Positions 1 through 9,393 are shown, counted from the first letter of the stretch. The stretch: DNA of 59,603 nucleotides from Patescibacteria group bacterium (GCA_052034685.1 JBPOIH010000007.1:79249-138851), one strand, 5' to 3'. Notes: generated by a model from the sequence alone, not told the origin. Made by a program: numbers and translations.

Positions 1-255
1 TTGCTGCTTCCACGTTTCAGGATATTTCATAGTTATTGTCATGCCTGAGTACGTTTTCCAGTCACCTGTTGCCGCTTTGTTTTCGTCGCTCACAGGAGGC
101 GTAGCCTCTGTCGTACTACTTGTCTGTGGCTCAGATGTTGAAGCCTGTCGGTCATACACGTAATACCCTATGCCGCTAATGAGCCCCAGTACCACTACTA
201 CAAGCAACACCTGCCCGATACTAAAACCCTTTTGATTGTTTGATAGTTTTTGCAT
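1..255 (-). CDS. Membrane-anchored protein with pilin-like N-terminus, 3' end cut by window edge (paralog of 264..899)
   Basis: My translation of the minus strand from ATG 253-255 gives MQKLSNNQKGFSIGQVLLVVVVLGLISGIGYYVYDRQ... AGGAG (plus-strand ctcct, 261-265) lies just upstream. The first ~37 aa are nearly identical to the neighbouring gene. Absent from the ORF track because it runs off the window. Confidence 0.6.
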   Translation of the reverse strand, partial: MQKLSNNQKGFSIGQVLLVVVVLGLISGIGYYVYDRQASTSEPQTSSTTEATPPVSDENKAATGDWKTYSGMTITMKYPETWKQQ

Positions 256-263
256 TGTTGCTC

Positions 264-899
264 CTACAGCTGCTCAGCAGTATAAGTTAAAGTTTTTAGT
301 GCCTCACTGCCATATCCTTCCACAGCGTCGACAATCGTCTTGTTTTCAGAGTTATAACATGCCGCTTGAGGACCGACCCAAATGTAGTAGTAGTCGCCTG
401 CCTTGCGCGATTTGGTGGTTATCGTTTCCCCAGTTGTTTCGTCTGTGTAACTCACTTCATATTTGTCAATTGTTTTGACGCCTTCAGCGCCGTTGTAGTC
501 CTTTTGATAATCATAACCCGCTTTACCTCGCGCTACATACCCCGTACTCCCGTCAGCCTTACATCCACCCCCGGATTTTTCACGGTATTGACTCGTAGTA
601 AGATACATAGTGTGGTCGTTTTCTATAACGTACTCGGGATTCTGAGTAAACTGGTCTTTCTTGAACTTTACACCCCACTCTTTAACGACGAAATAACCCT
701 CATTAGGATCACTTGTTTTGGTTTCTTCGGTTTTCGGTGCAGACGAGACAGATGTAACTTCTGCAACCGTTTCGCTCGCAGAATCTTTACTCTGGCGTTG
801 ATATACGTAATAGCCCACGCCTCCGATTAGCCCCAGTACCAATACCACGAGAAGCACTTGTCCGATACTATAGCCCTTTTGATTGTTTGATAAATGCAT
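264..899 (-). CDS. Membrane-anchored protein with pilin-like N-terminus
   Basis: ORF 264..938. Preferred start is ATG 897-899 (MHLSNNQKGYSIGQVLLVVLVLGLIGGVGYYVYQRQ) because AGGAG (906-910) precedes it and it aligns with the start of the downstream paralog. One N-terminal hydrophobic helix. Confidence 0.7.
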   Translation of the reverse strand: MHLSNNQKGYSIGQVLLVVLVLGLIGGVGYYVYQRQSKDSASETVAEVTSVSSAPKTEETKTSDPNEGYFVVKEWGVKFKKDQFTQNPEYVIENDHTMYLTTSQYREKSGGGCKADGSTGYVARGKAGYDYQKDYNGAEGVKTIDKYEVSYTDETTGETITTKSRKAGDYYYIWVGPQAACYNSENKTIVDAVEGYGSEALKTLTYTAEQL

Positions 900-921
900 G
901 TCTTGCTCCTCTTTTGTGTAA

Positions 922-1470
922 TTAGTAGTCAACTTCACGTAGATCCTTCATTTGTATCATCGGATTTTCTTCAGCGTTATCTTCGTAGCACGAAGGTTCA
1001 AAGGCATGGGGCAGCATATACTTATCAACAATTGAACATCTTGGCAAAGTGGCTGGCTCGTCTTTAGCGGGGTCATCCTTTGCACTTACATAATACTCAG
1101 CACCAGATAGCAAAACCCAACCAGAGCTGGTTAAGATTACCGGAAAGCCACTACTGAGGCTCGTACTACAACCAATAGCAACTTTTGCATACTTTCCTCC
1201 GACCACCGACTCAATAGCAAAAAGCGGGACACCAGGAGCCGTATTATCTCCGTAGTAACCCGTGCAGTCTTCTGTTCTCGTCTGCAAGTACTTTGAAAGA
1301 CTTTTCGGCACCTCAACATCTGTAGTAGCCGCCCAAACAAGGACCTTTGGGTTTACCGAGGGCTTACCAAAACACAGCCAAAATAGACCTACTCCAACTA
1401 TCACAACAGCAACAATCGCCACTATGATGAGTGATTTGTTTTTTTGCCTTGTTTTTTTCTTAACTGCCAT
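922..1470 (-). CDS. Hypothetical membrane-anchored protein
   Basis: 182-aa ORF. Basic N-terminus followed by one TM helix (KKKTRQKNKSLIIVAIVAVVIVGVGLFWLCF). No recognisable catalytic motif. Confidence 0.6.
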   Translation of the reverse strand: MAVKKKTRQKNKSLIIVAIVAVVIVGVGLFWLCFGKPSVNPKVLVWAATTDVEVPKSLSKYLQTRTEDCTGYYGDNTAPGVPLFAIESVVGGKYAKVAIGCSTSLSSGFPVILTSSGWVLLSGAEYYVSAKDDPAKDEPATLPRCSIVDKYMLPHAFEPSCYEDNAEENPMIQMKDLREVDY

Positions 1471-1479
1471 GCGGTGCTC

Positions 1480-2064
1480 CTATTGGCTGAGCCATTTAGT
1501 CACGAGGTCATCAGTGTCGATATCTTTTAGGTCATCGTCCAAGATTGCAATAATCTTTTGGACAAGCTTTTCTGGATCGTTATCAAATACCACTAGCTTG
1601 CGGCGTGGCACTTCGAGGTGTTCAAGTAATTCCGGTATGAAATCAGCCGCGCCACCACTACCGAGCAGTACACCACAAGGCATATTTGATTCTAGCGCCG
1701 TGGTAAACTCATGCATACTGCCGATGCGTCCACCAACGGTAATAATTGCATCACTGGATTGCACCAAGTGCACGTCGCGACCTACGTAATGCATACCCGT
1801 GAAGTTCACAAAGTCATACACACCGATTGGCAGACGATATTTGTAGGCGTGCTCACGCAGGCTACTTGCCGGCGAAAAACCAATACTCATTCCACCCGCA
1901 GCCTTGGCAGCCTTGGCAGCAAAAAACGGTAGTCCTACGGTGGCACCAGTTGTCAAAATGTGGCCAGATTCAGCGATAGCTCGGCCAACGCGTTCTGCCA
2001 ACTCTTGCGAGGATTTAACCGTTTTGCCGTTGGCGGCACCAGATACACATATCGAATATCGCAT
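1480..2064 (-). CDS. TIGR00725 / LOG-like (SLOG superfamily) Rossmann-fold protein
   Basis: The N-terminus ICVSGAANG...TTGATVGLPFFAAKAAKAAGGMSIGFSP and the later ITVGGRIGSMHEF fit the LOG/TIGR00725 glycine-rich nucleotide-binding pattern. Confidence 0.6.
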   Translation of the reverse strand: MRYSICVSGAANGKTVKSSQELAERVGRAIAESGHILTTGATVGLPFFAAKAAKAAGGMSIGFSPASSLREHAYKYRLPIGVYDFVNFTGMHYVGRDVHLVQSSDAIITVGGRIGSMHEFTTALESNMPCGVLLGSGGAADFIPELLEHLEVPRRKLVVFDNDPEKLVQKIIAILDDDLKDIDTDDLVTKWLSQ

Positions 2065-2066
2065 AG

Positions 2067-3323
2067 TTACGCTTTCCCCAGCTTTTCTGGTGCAATCATG
2101 TCGTTATCAAGCTGTTCAAGTACTTGTTGTTCAAGCGTTTCTTCGCCCATATAACGAATAAACAATTCATTCCAGAGGCTTTCCTGGAAGTGATAATAAT
2201 ATCGGTTTTCGAAGTGTTCTTCATTTGAATAAGCAAAAGCTACATCCATCAGATTAAGCGCAATCGGCCCGGTCTTGTCTGGTCGCGCAACGTAATCCAG
2301 ATCTCGCCAAAAGGCCAGCTTCTCGTCCAGTTCATACAGTGAATCCTCTGCTCTGCGCCAGTGTAAGTCCTCTGGTTGTACGTGTGGCTGAAAGGCTTCA
2401 GGATGAGAAGTATCTTTGTGTCGACCGAGGTACTGCTGAATAACACGCCAGTGGATGTGCTGACCGGCCATAACCGCTGCATTCTTTGGGTCTGCATTAA
2501 TGGTATTCACCACGTCCACACCAAAGTGTGCGCGCGTAGAGATAAACTTGAAGAACGCGCTATACAACCGGATCTCATTTACGTAATGAAACAAGAGCGA
2601 CATCGTCTTCAGTGGTAAACCACGCATTTTCTCGCGCTGCATTGGCAATACTGCGATGATTCCCATCTCTTTGGAATGCGTTACGTTGTGGAGCTTTTTC
2701 TTAGTGAAGGCGTCTGACAGTTCAACCCACTTGTCGTGATCCATCTCAACAATTTCGATCTTACGCTCTTCAAAATCCTTTGGTTTAATCGTCTTCATCA
2801 GCTCGTTAAATTTACTGAGCCATTCTGGACCTTCGGAGAACCTGAGTCCGACGTACATTTCACTAAAAGGTTCGTGCTTAAGCATGCTGTCGATAGATCG
2901 ATAACCAAGCTGCGCCATCATCTTCTTGGGCGGCATCTTTTTTAGCATCTTTTTTGCAACAGATCGCTTCAGTGCCCAGCATTTCATCGGCACACCAGAG
3001 CCTCGCACTGTTTTGACCATCGGCGGCACGAGCGTCCTAATTACTTCTGTGCCTTCTGGGAGCTTAAGCGTGTCTGTAATAATTCGATTATTGTCTTCTC
3101 TGACACGGTTTAGAAGGGCGTAGTAGAGTTCTTTGCCAGTTGTGTCGTTCGGGTCAAGCCCCAGCTCTTTTGTCTTTAGATTAACCTGACCGACGATTTC
3201 AGCAGTTAGTCTGACATCGGCACTCGGGTTGCCACTGGCTTTTTCCAGGTCACGAATTGCCATTGTAAATAGGGGCTCTTCGGCAGTCAATAACTCTGAT
3301 AATAACCGTGACATCTTAGTCAT
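2067..3323 (-). CDS. Hypothetical protein (418 aa, soluble, no family recognised)
   Basis: Long uninterrupted ORF. Its stop lies 2 nt before the start of the LOG-like gene, so the two are probably co-transcribed. Confidence 0.65.
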   Translation of the reverse strand: MTKMSRLLSELLTAEEPLFTMAIRDLEKASGNPSADVRLTAEIVGQVNLKTKELGLDPNDTTGKELYYALLNRVREDNNRIITDTLKLPEGTEVIRTLVPPMVKTVRGSGVPMKCWALKRSVAKKMLKKMPPKKMMAQLGYRSIDSMLKHEPFSEMYVGLRFSEGPEWLSKFNELMKTIKPKDFEERKIEIVEMDHDKWVELSDAFTKKKLHNVTHSKEMGIIAVLPMQREKMRGLPLKTMSLLFHYVNEIRLYSAFFKFISTRAHFGVDVVNTINADPKNAAVMAGQHIHWRVIQQYLGRHKDTSHPEAFQPHVQPEDLHWRRAEDSLYELDEKLAFWRDLDYVARPDKTGPIALNLMDVAFAYSNEEHFENRYYYHFQESLWNELFIRYMGEETLEQQVLEQLDNDMIAPEKLGKA

Positions 3324-3368
3324 AGATTACCACAAGCGTAATAACAGCGTAAAGCAAAGTATCCGTTT

Positions 3369-4172
3369 ATGCTTGCAATACTTTTAGTTCACTATCATAG
3401 TGACAGCATTATGTTTAGGCCGAACCGAGCTATTGGTATATCAGAAAGGGCTGGCCAGAGTCTTGAGAAGTTAGCTTCCGCCCTATCGTTAAGTCGAGTT
3501 GTTGGCGGGCTTGCTGTTGCTAACCATGTTGAAAAAACGCCAAATTACCAAAGCTGGAAGTTAGCATTCACTTTTGGCGCACTGGCTGCCACTGATTTCA
3601 TTGACGGAAAGTTCGCGCGCTTTGGTAGAAAGCTCCAAGGCAAGAACGAGGAAGTCCGGCGACCCTTCAGTGCCTATGTTGATCAGTTGTCAGACAAAGT
3701 CATGATTGACGCTATTCTGGTGGCCGTCGCTAAACGCGAGGCTCAGAATGGAAACTACGTCTACTCCCAAGCTATGAGTGGCGCTGCTCTGATAGACATC
3801 GGTAGGAACATACTGGTGACACGTGACCGCATCAACGCAGACCGACAGAACATTGACTCACGTGCCCAAAAAGGAGGCAAACTTAAAGCATTAGAGCAAG
3901 ACCTCGTCGTTGGCGCCGCATTAAGCCCACTTTCAAACAATCGTGTCGGGCGCTTCATTATCGGTGTCGCTGCAGCACATGCCGAATTTGAAGCCGTTAA
4001 GAGCGGTATCGACCTTCATACATCATTCGAGGTGTCACGCAGCCAGCTGGCGACTCAAGAAGTACCGGAAACTATAGTTGAGCAACCGCAACCTTCATCG
4101 GATCAATGGTTGCATGCAGGCGCAGAATACCTGGCTTCGCACCTAGCTGAGTCACCACACTTGTTGAATTAG
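3369..4172 (+). CDS. Divergent CDP-alcohol phosphatidyltransferase-like membrane protein
   Basis: DFIDGKFAR...YVDQLSDK resembles the D-G-x2-A-R...G-x3-D-x3-D signature, but with a long insert and Ser in place of the Gly. An alternative start is ATG 3411. The 3' end overlaps the convergent pfkB gene by 101 nt. Confidence 0.45.
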   Translation: MLAILLVHYHSDSIMFRPNRAIGISERAGQSLEKLASALSLSRVVGGLAVANHVEKTPNYQSWKLAFTFGALAATDFIDGKFARFGRKLQGKNEEVRRPFSAYVDQLSDKVMIDAILVAVAKREAQNGNYVYSQAMSGAALIDIGRNILVTRDRINADRQNIDSRAQKGGKLKALEQDLVVGAALSPLSNNRVGRFIIGVAAAHAEFEAVKSGIDLHTSFEVSRSQLATQEVPETIVEQPQPSSDQWLHAGAEYLASHLAESPHLLN

Positions 4173-5046
4173 CACTCGCAAATGTCATCGCAGCTTCAAT
4201 TGAGCCGCCACTTGCAATCTTGGCCACAAAACCACTGGTAAAGGCATCGCCTGCCCCGCTCCGGTCAATCACCTTTACGTCTTTATACAAACCCGCACGA
4301 TAGATGCTCTGACCGTCGCAGGCAATTGAGCCTTTAGGCCCGTCAGTAACCAACACGAGCGGCACAATCCGCGTGGCCTTCTGTAACAGCTTCTTGGTGT
4401 CGTTCTCGGGGATCAGTTGCTGCATTTCTTCTTTGTTAACGCTCAGGATATGGCATGACTTCATGAGCTCTAGAAACTCTTTGCGGTGAGCAAGTTCACC
4501 TTTGCCAGGATTTACCGCCACACGTATACCGTGCGTCTTAGCGTAGCTAATAATACGCTTGAGGGCATCAAAATCACCGGACAGAGAACTCACATAAAAC
4601 CAGTCGGCTTCAATGCCATGAAAATGGCTATCCTTAAGATCATAATGGTTGGACGCGCCCCGGTATGTCAGGATTGTTCGCTCACCATTAGGAGCCAACA
4701 TCAGCACAGAATAACCAGTGTTATATTGCTTCGATTCCAGAACCAGCGTAGTGTCCACTTCATCCGCATGCAAAGCATCAAGCACAGCACGACCAGCTAT
4801 GTCGCGGCCAATACGACCCATATACATGCTGTGTAGACCTTGCCGGGCAAACGTCACGCTCGCATTAGTTGCACCACCACCGGTAGAAAATACGACTTCT
4901 TCTACTTCGTTTTTACTTCCCAGATTAAATTCGGCCTTCAGGCCATCGTCTTCACGTTCAGGCCTGAATATCTTACCCAGCAAAAAAACATCCTGTACGG
5001 CCGCACCAATAGACACTATCCGCGGCACCACAGCGCTCCTAGCCAT
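4072..5046 (-). CDS. pfkB-family carbohydrate kinase (ribokinase-like)
   Basis: IVSIGAAVQDVF at the N-terminus and the DRSGAGDAFTSGF signature-2 motif. Start chosen at ATG 5044-5046 (MARSAVVPRIV), because the longer ORF-track start runs deep into the aldolase gene. Confidence 0.85.
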   Translation of the reverse strand: MARSAVVPRIVSIGAAVQDVFLLGKIFRPEREDDGLKAEFNLGSKNEVEEVVFSTGGGATNASVTFARQGLHSMYMGRIGRDIAGRAVLDALHADEVDTTLVLESKQYNTGYSVLMLAPNGERTILTYRGASNHYDLKDSHFHGIEADWFYVSSLSGDFDALKRIISYAKTHGIRVAVNPGKGELAHRKEFLELMKSCHILSVNKEEMQQLIPENDTKKLLQKATRIVPLVLVTDGPKGSIACDGQSIYRAGLYKDVKVIDRSGAGDAFTSGFVAKIASGGSIEAAMTFASANSTSVVTQLGAKPGILRLHATIDPMKVAVAQL

Positions 5047-5956
5047 CCAGCTGCGCCTTGCCTTCACTGTTAAACAGCGATATCTTCTGCTCGACAACCT
5101 GCTGAACAGCATCAACCACGTCATCCATGAGTTTAACCACTGCATATTCGGTCGGGTTATCCTTGAGAGCCTTTTCAAGCGTCAACCGATACGCGATGCG
5201 CATGTCAGAATTTATGTTGATTTTGGTAACGCCAGCTTGGACTGCTTCTTTGTAATAGTGCCCTGGCGTACCGCTGCCGCCGTGCAGGCTAATGTTGCAG
5301 CTTATAGCTTTACGAATCTGCTTGAGGAGTTCGATGTCCAGGTGTTTAGGCACCGGATATTTACCATGTAAATTACCGATTGCAGCAGCAAAGGTGTCGA
5401 TGCCGGTATCTTGGACAAACTGCTGGGCAGACTCCGGAGTACTGAAGGTCTTTTTAATCTCTTGATAGTCTATCTTCTCGGTATGAAGGTTTGAACTGCC
5501 AGCAAAGTAGTGCATCTCACTCTCTACTAAGGCACCGGTAAGTCGCGCGCAAGTCACAACTCGACGGGTTGCTTCCACAATCTCAGCATCAGTAGCATCG
5601 TGGTTGGCCTGACTGATATCAATATGGATAAACTCGTAACCAGCTTCAATCCCAGCAATAGCATCTTCAACAGTCGGCGAATGATCAAGGTTGATATACA
5701 TCTCAACCCCAAACTCTTGTTTGTAGTTGTCCACCATGTCACGGACGTTCTCGTGACCTAGGGATTCTACTTCACCCTGGCTCACTTCTACCAGCACCGG
5801 AGCATTTTTGGCCTTAGCAGCCTGAACGACCGCCTTGAGCGTTTCCTGATTGTCTAGGTTGAAAGCACCGACGGCAAACTTCTGTTTGCGTGCTCGCTTC
5901 ATGAGTTCACGCGCTTGAGCAGAGTTAGCACGCATTTGTTTTAGTGATAAAGCCAT
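5039..5956 (-). CDS. fba: Class II fructose-bisphosphate aldolase
   Basis: FAVGAFNLDN, PVLVEVSQGE, NLDHS, HIDIS and SLHGGSG motifs. Start taken at MALSLKQM (ATG 5954-5956). Confidence 0.9.
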   Translation of the reverse strand: MALSLKQMRANSAQARELMKRARKQKFAVGAFNLDNQETLKAVVQAAKAKNAPVLVEVSQGEVESLGHENVRDMVDNYKQEFGVEMYINLDHSPTVEDAIAGIEAGYEFIHIDISQANHDATDAEIVEATRRVVTCARLTGALVESEMHYFAGSSNLHTEKIDYQEIKKTFSTPESAQQFVQDTGIDTFAAAIGNLHGKYPVPKHLDIELLKQIRKAISCNISLHGGSGTPGHYYKEAVQAGVTKININSDMRIAYRLTLEKALKDNPTEYAVVKLMDDVVDAVQQVVEQKISLFNSEGKAQLDG

Positions 5957-6058
5957 TCCCGTATTGTAACTGCTTGTGCTTGCTATTTCCACTGCTAAGA
6001 CATTATTACGTTTTATGACAGTCTTAATAACATAGTAGAGGCTGACTATTAATAGTCG

Positions 6059-7030
6059 CTAACCAGCTAGATGATGAGCAGCAAGCGCAATATGTTTAGC
6101 TGTAAGGCCAAAGTGTTCTAGTAATTCATCTGGCGTGCCTGATTCACCAAATCTATCACGCATACCAATACGCTTCATTGGCCGCGGGCAATGCTCGCCC
6201 AGTAGTTCAGCAATTGCCCCACCAAAGCCAGCATTTATCTGAGCTTCCTCAACAGTGATGACAGCTTTGGTTTTGCGTACACTGCGTAGAATGGTATCTT
6301 CATCAAGCGGCTTTATGGTCGGTACATGCACCACCTCTGCTTCGATGCCTTGCGCAAACAGCATCTCAGCTGCCTTGAGGGCCTGGAACGTCATTGAGCC
6401 AGTTGAGAGGATAGTAATGTCATTTCCTGTTGTCAGCACATAGGCTTCGCCAATTTCAAACGGCGTTTTGTCTGTCGTGAATATTGGGGTAGCTTCGCGT
6501 GCTAATCGTAGGTAAGCTGGTCGCTTATCTTCAGCCAGTGCTAACGTCGCCTTCTCGGCTTCTATACTGTCGCCAGGCGCAATCACTACCATATTTGGCA
6601 GTGCCCGCATAAGCGCGATGTCTTCTAGCATCTGGTGGGTAGCGCCATCCGGACCAACTGATACGCCGGCGTGTGAGCCAACGATTCGTACCGGGCGGTC
6701 ATTGAGACATATCGTTGTTCTTATCTGCTCCCAGTTGCGGCCAGGACTAAACGCTGCGTAGCTACTCACAAACGGTATCTTGCCCATCGCGGCCATGCCT
6801 GAGCCAACTGTCACCAGGTTCTGCTCAGCAACACCAATCTCAACAAAGCGATCCGGAAACTCCTGTTTAAACAAGTGCATTTGCGTCGACTCAGTTAGAT
6901 CAGCACATGCAGCTACAACGTTTTTGTTTAACTTGCCTGCTTGCAGCAAACCCCTACCAAAACCTTTACGAATCGGCTCAGACTCAAAATCGTCTTTGGC
7001 ATAATTTTTGTCAACTAAATATAAACTCAT
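6059..7030 (-). CDS. tkt: Transketolase, C-terminal (pyrimidine-binding) subunit
   Basis: FPDRFVEIGVAEQNLV and GVSVGPDGATHQ motifs. The 323-aa size is typical of split transketolase subunit B. Confidence 0.9.
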   Translation of the reverse strand: MSLYLVDKNYAKDDFESEPIRKGFGRGLLQAGKLNKNVVAACADLTESTQMHLFKQEFPDRFVEIGVAEQNLVTVGSGMAAMGKIPFVSSYAAFSPGRNWEQIRTTICLNDRPVRIVGSHAGVSVGPDGATHQMLEDIALMRALPNMVVIAPGDSIEAEKATLALAEDKRPAYLRLAREATPIFTTDKTPFEIGEAYVLTTGNDITILSTGSMTFQALKAAEMLFAQGIEAEVVHVPTIKPLDEDTILRSVRKTKAVITVEEAQINAGFGGAIAELLGEHCPRPMKRIGMRDRFGESGTPDELLEHFGLTAKHIALAAHHLAG

Positions 7031-7145
7031 ACACTACCCCTAGGCCAATGCGACCATTGTTCATTTTGGGCAGTCTTACAGAGAGCAGCTCGAGAAGACT
7101 TGTCTTCACGGCGCGAAACGCTGCCAAAAATGTGCAATGCGAGCA

Positions 7146-8012
7146 TCATTGGTGTTCGCTCCTAATCTTGCCCTCTAAGGTACGCAGATCGTGCAGTGCT
7201 TTCTTGGCTTGTTCATGATCTGGTGGCGCCCCATGCCAGTGAAAGTCTGACTCCATAAAGCTTACGCCCTTGCCAGGAATGGTATGAGCGATTATCATGA
7301 CGGGCTTTTCGACGATCGCCTTTGCCATCGAACAAGCATCAATAACCGCTTCCATGTTGTTGCCGTCAATCTCAATGACGTGCCAACCGAATGATTCCCA
7401 TTTAGCCCGTAAGTCTTCGAGTGGCATAACAGATTCTGTCGGCCCATCTATCTGGATGTTGTTACGGTCAATAATCCCAATGACATTAGTAAGCTTATAC
7501 TTGGAACCCAGCATGGCAGCTTCCCAGACATTACCTTCGTTCAGTTCGCCATCACCCATGACAACGTACACCCAACGATGCTGCTGCTCATCCATGCGCA
7601 TTGCCAGCGCCATGCCGCAGGCTTGACTCAAGCCACAGCCGAGCGGTCCACTGGTATTCTCTAGCCCAGGTAATTTAATGCGTTCTGGATGACCCTGCAA
7701 ACGTGAGCCAAGTTTTCTGAGTGTCATAAGTTCCTTAACGTCAAAATACCCGGCATGCGCCATCGTGGCATATTGCACCGGAACACAGTGGCCGTTACTG
7801 AGGAGCAAGATATCGCGTTCAGTCCAGTCTGGTTTCTTTGGGTCGTGCCGTAATACGTCAAAATACAGTGCTGTAAAGATATCTGCTAGACCAAGCGGGC
7901 CAGCACTATGGCCGCTTTTGGCATGCTCAAGCATCTTTATAATGTCTTCACGGATATCGTAGGCTAGCAATTCTAGCGCTTCAATTGAGCGTTTCTTAGT
8001 GGTAACACTCAT
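7146..8012 (-). CDS. tkt: Transketolase, N-terminal (TPP-binding) subunit
   Basis: GHSAGPLG, LLLSNGH and GDGELNEGNVWEA (TPP-binding GDG...N) motifs. Confidence 0.9.
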   Translation of the reverse strand: MSVTTKKRSIEALELLAYDIREDIIKMLEHAKSGHSAGPLGLADIFTALYFDVLRHDPKKPDWTERDILLLSNGHCVPVQYATMAHAGYFDVKELMTLRKLGSRLQGHPERIKLPGLENTSGPLGCGLSQACGMALAMRMDEQQHRWVYVVMGDGELNEGNVWEAAMLGSKYKLTNVIGIIDRNNIQIDGPTESVMPLEDLRAKWESFGWHVIEIDGNNMEAVIDACSMAKAIVEKPVMIIAHTIPGKGVSFMESDFHWHGAPPDHEQAKKALHDLRTLEGKIRSEHQ

Positions 8013-8641
8013 GTCTGCACCTCACTCAGTAACAAGCCAAATGCTGCTGCTGGGTCATCAGCACGCTGAATAAAACCGCCCACGTTGAGTACATCAACGC
8101 CGCCACTTGCCAGCTCTGAAGCATTATCTTTATTTACGCCACCGTCCCAGCCGATTTCAAGCGATGGCTTCATTTTTTTCAGGTGCGGAATCTTCTCGAG
8201 TAAAGCAAGATTAGCCCGCCCGCCAAAGTTACCTAAATCACCACTGAAAAGCAACACATGATCAATCACACCGATCGACGGCGCAATCATTTCTGGAGGC
8301 GTGTTAGGTAGCAGCGCAATGCCTACCTTGATGTGTGCATCATGCAATGCCGTGGCTAGTTCAATAAAATTGCCCTCTGCTTCAGCGTGCAGGATAACCA
8401 TGCTTGGATTACTCTTAATAAGTGCGGTGATATGATCCGCTGGTTTCTGATACATGACGTGAATATCCACACCAACATTACGTGGCCACCAGAGCTGTGA
8501 TGGCCCCACCGTAGTGACCGGGGCAAACTCACCGTCAGCAATATCAATCTGGATCCGTTGAGCAAACCCACCGATACGCTCCATCTGTTCACGATATTCA
8601 TGTGGCTCACGTGCCAGTACTGTCGGACATATAATTGCCAT
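8009..8641 (-). CDS. rpe: Ribulose-phosphate 3-epimerase family protein (divergent)
   Basis: The pattern ICPTVLA, IQIDIADGEF, DIHVM, ILHAEA, LLPNTP, LFSGDLGNFGG, IGWDGGV follows the Rpe TIM-barrel blocks. Start at MAIICP (ATG 8639-8641). Confidence 0.7.
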   Translation of the reverse strand: MAIICPTVLAREPHEYREQMERIGGFAQRIQIDIADGEFAPVTTVGPSQLWWPRNVGVDIHVMYQKPADHITALIKSNPSMVILHAEAEGNFIELATALHDAHIKVGIALLPNTPPEMIAPSIGVIDHVLLFSGDLGNFGGRANLALLEKIPHLKKMKPSLEIGWDGGVNKDNASELASGGVDVLNVGGFIQRADDPAAAFGLLLSEVQT

Positions 8642-8645
8642 AAGG

Positions 8646-9095
8646 TTAGTGTAACTCATCCAATTGTTTGACTCTACGAACAAACCGTTCTGACCGCGCG
8701 AACGGTGTTTTTAACCAAATATCCACAATATCCTGCACCTGTCTCTTATCCTTTAGCTCATGCGACGGTAGGCACAATACGTTACTGTCGTCATCATTGC
8801 GTGAGGCACGAGCCTCAGATTCGTTCCAAACCAGACTTGCTCGAATGCCGCGAAACCGATTAGCTGCCATAACCATGCCTTGCCCGCTCCCGCATATCAA
8901 AATACCGCGTGGCTCTGACTCGTCACTGCCTAGCATAGCGGTCACGACTTTTGCCGCAAATATCGGGAAATCATCACCAGGTTGAGGCGTCTGACCGCCC
9001 TCGTCAATAACCTCATGCCCGAGGTGCGTCAGGTAAGTTTCTATATGCTCTTTGAGCGCAAACCCGTTATGATCCGCACCAATAAATATCTTCAC
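8646..9095 (-). CDS. rpiB: Ribose-5-phosphate isomerase B
   Basis: MKIFIGADHNGFALK and ILICGSGQGMVMAANRFRGIRA are RpiB/LacAB hallmarks. Confidence 0.9.
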   Translation of the reverse strand: MKIFIGADHNGFALKEHIETYLTHLGHEVIDEGGQTPQPGDDFPIFAAKVVTAMLGSDESEPRGILICGSGQGMVMAANRFRGIRASLVWNESEARASRNDDDSNVLCLPSHELKDKRQVQDIVDIWLKTPFARSERFVRRVKQLDELH

Positions 9096-9382
9096 CTTTT
9101 CTTCTCCAGATTCCGAGCGTTATGCGCACGGATTAAACCCACAAAGCTAATCGCTGCGCCTATGAAAGCAATCACACCAATCCATATAGGAAGTGCATCC
9201 CAGCCTTCCCAATACGGTGCATCACAGTGGCTTACGAAGGGTTCACCTTCCCACGAACCACAGCGAGAGAACGGAAAGAAATTAGTTGTAACCAGCATAA
9301 AAAGCGTAAACCAGATAGTAAAGAGCGAAGTAAAGATTACTGCCCACTTTTTAACTGTAATATGCTTGCCGCTTTTCTTCAT
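9092..9382 (-). CDS. Small membrane protein (hypothetical)
   Basis: 96 aa with two hydrophobic helices. Lies between gap and rpiB with a 4-nt stop/start overlap. Confidence 0.55.
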   Translation of the reverse strand: MKKSGKHITVKKWAVIFTSLFTIWFTLFMLVTTNFFPFSRCGSWEGEPFVSHCDAPYWEGWDALPIWIGVIAFIGAAISFVGLIRAHNARNLEKKR

Positions 9383-9393
9383 AATACTCCAAT

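Noticed and set aside
1262-1789. 175-aa plus-strand ORF.
   Set aside because: It is antisense to 922..1470 and to the LOG-like gene, with a Ser/Thr-rich low-complexity translation.
4718-5371. 217-aa plus-strand ORF across the pfkB/fba junction.
   Set aside because: It is antisense to two genes with unmistakable enzyme motifs. Its Ser/Arg/Pro-rich, low-complexity translation is typical of a shadow ORF.
7031-7145. Short minus-strand ORF (MNNGRIGLGVVYEFIFS) in the spacer between the transketolase subunits.
   Set aside because: It has 17 codons, no SD, and overlaps the tkt-C start out of frame. The spacer is kept only as a low-interest note.
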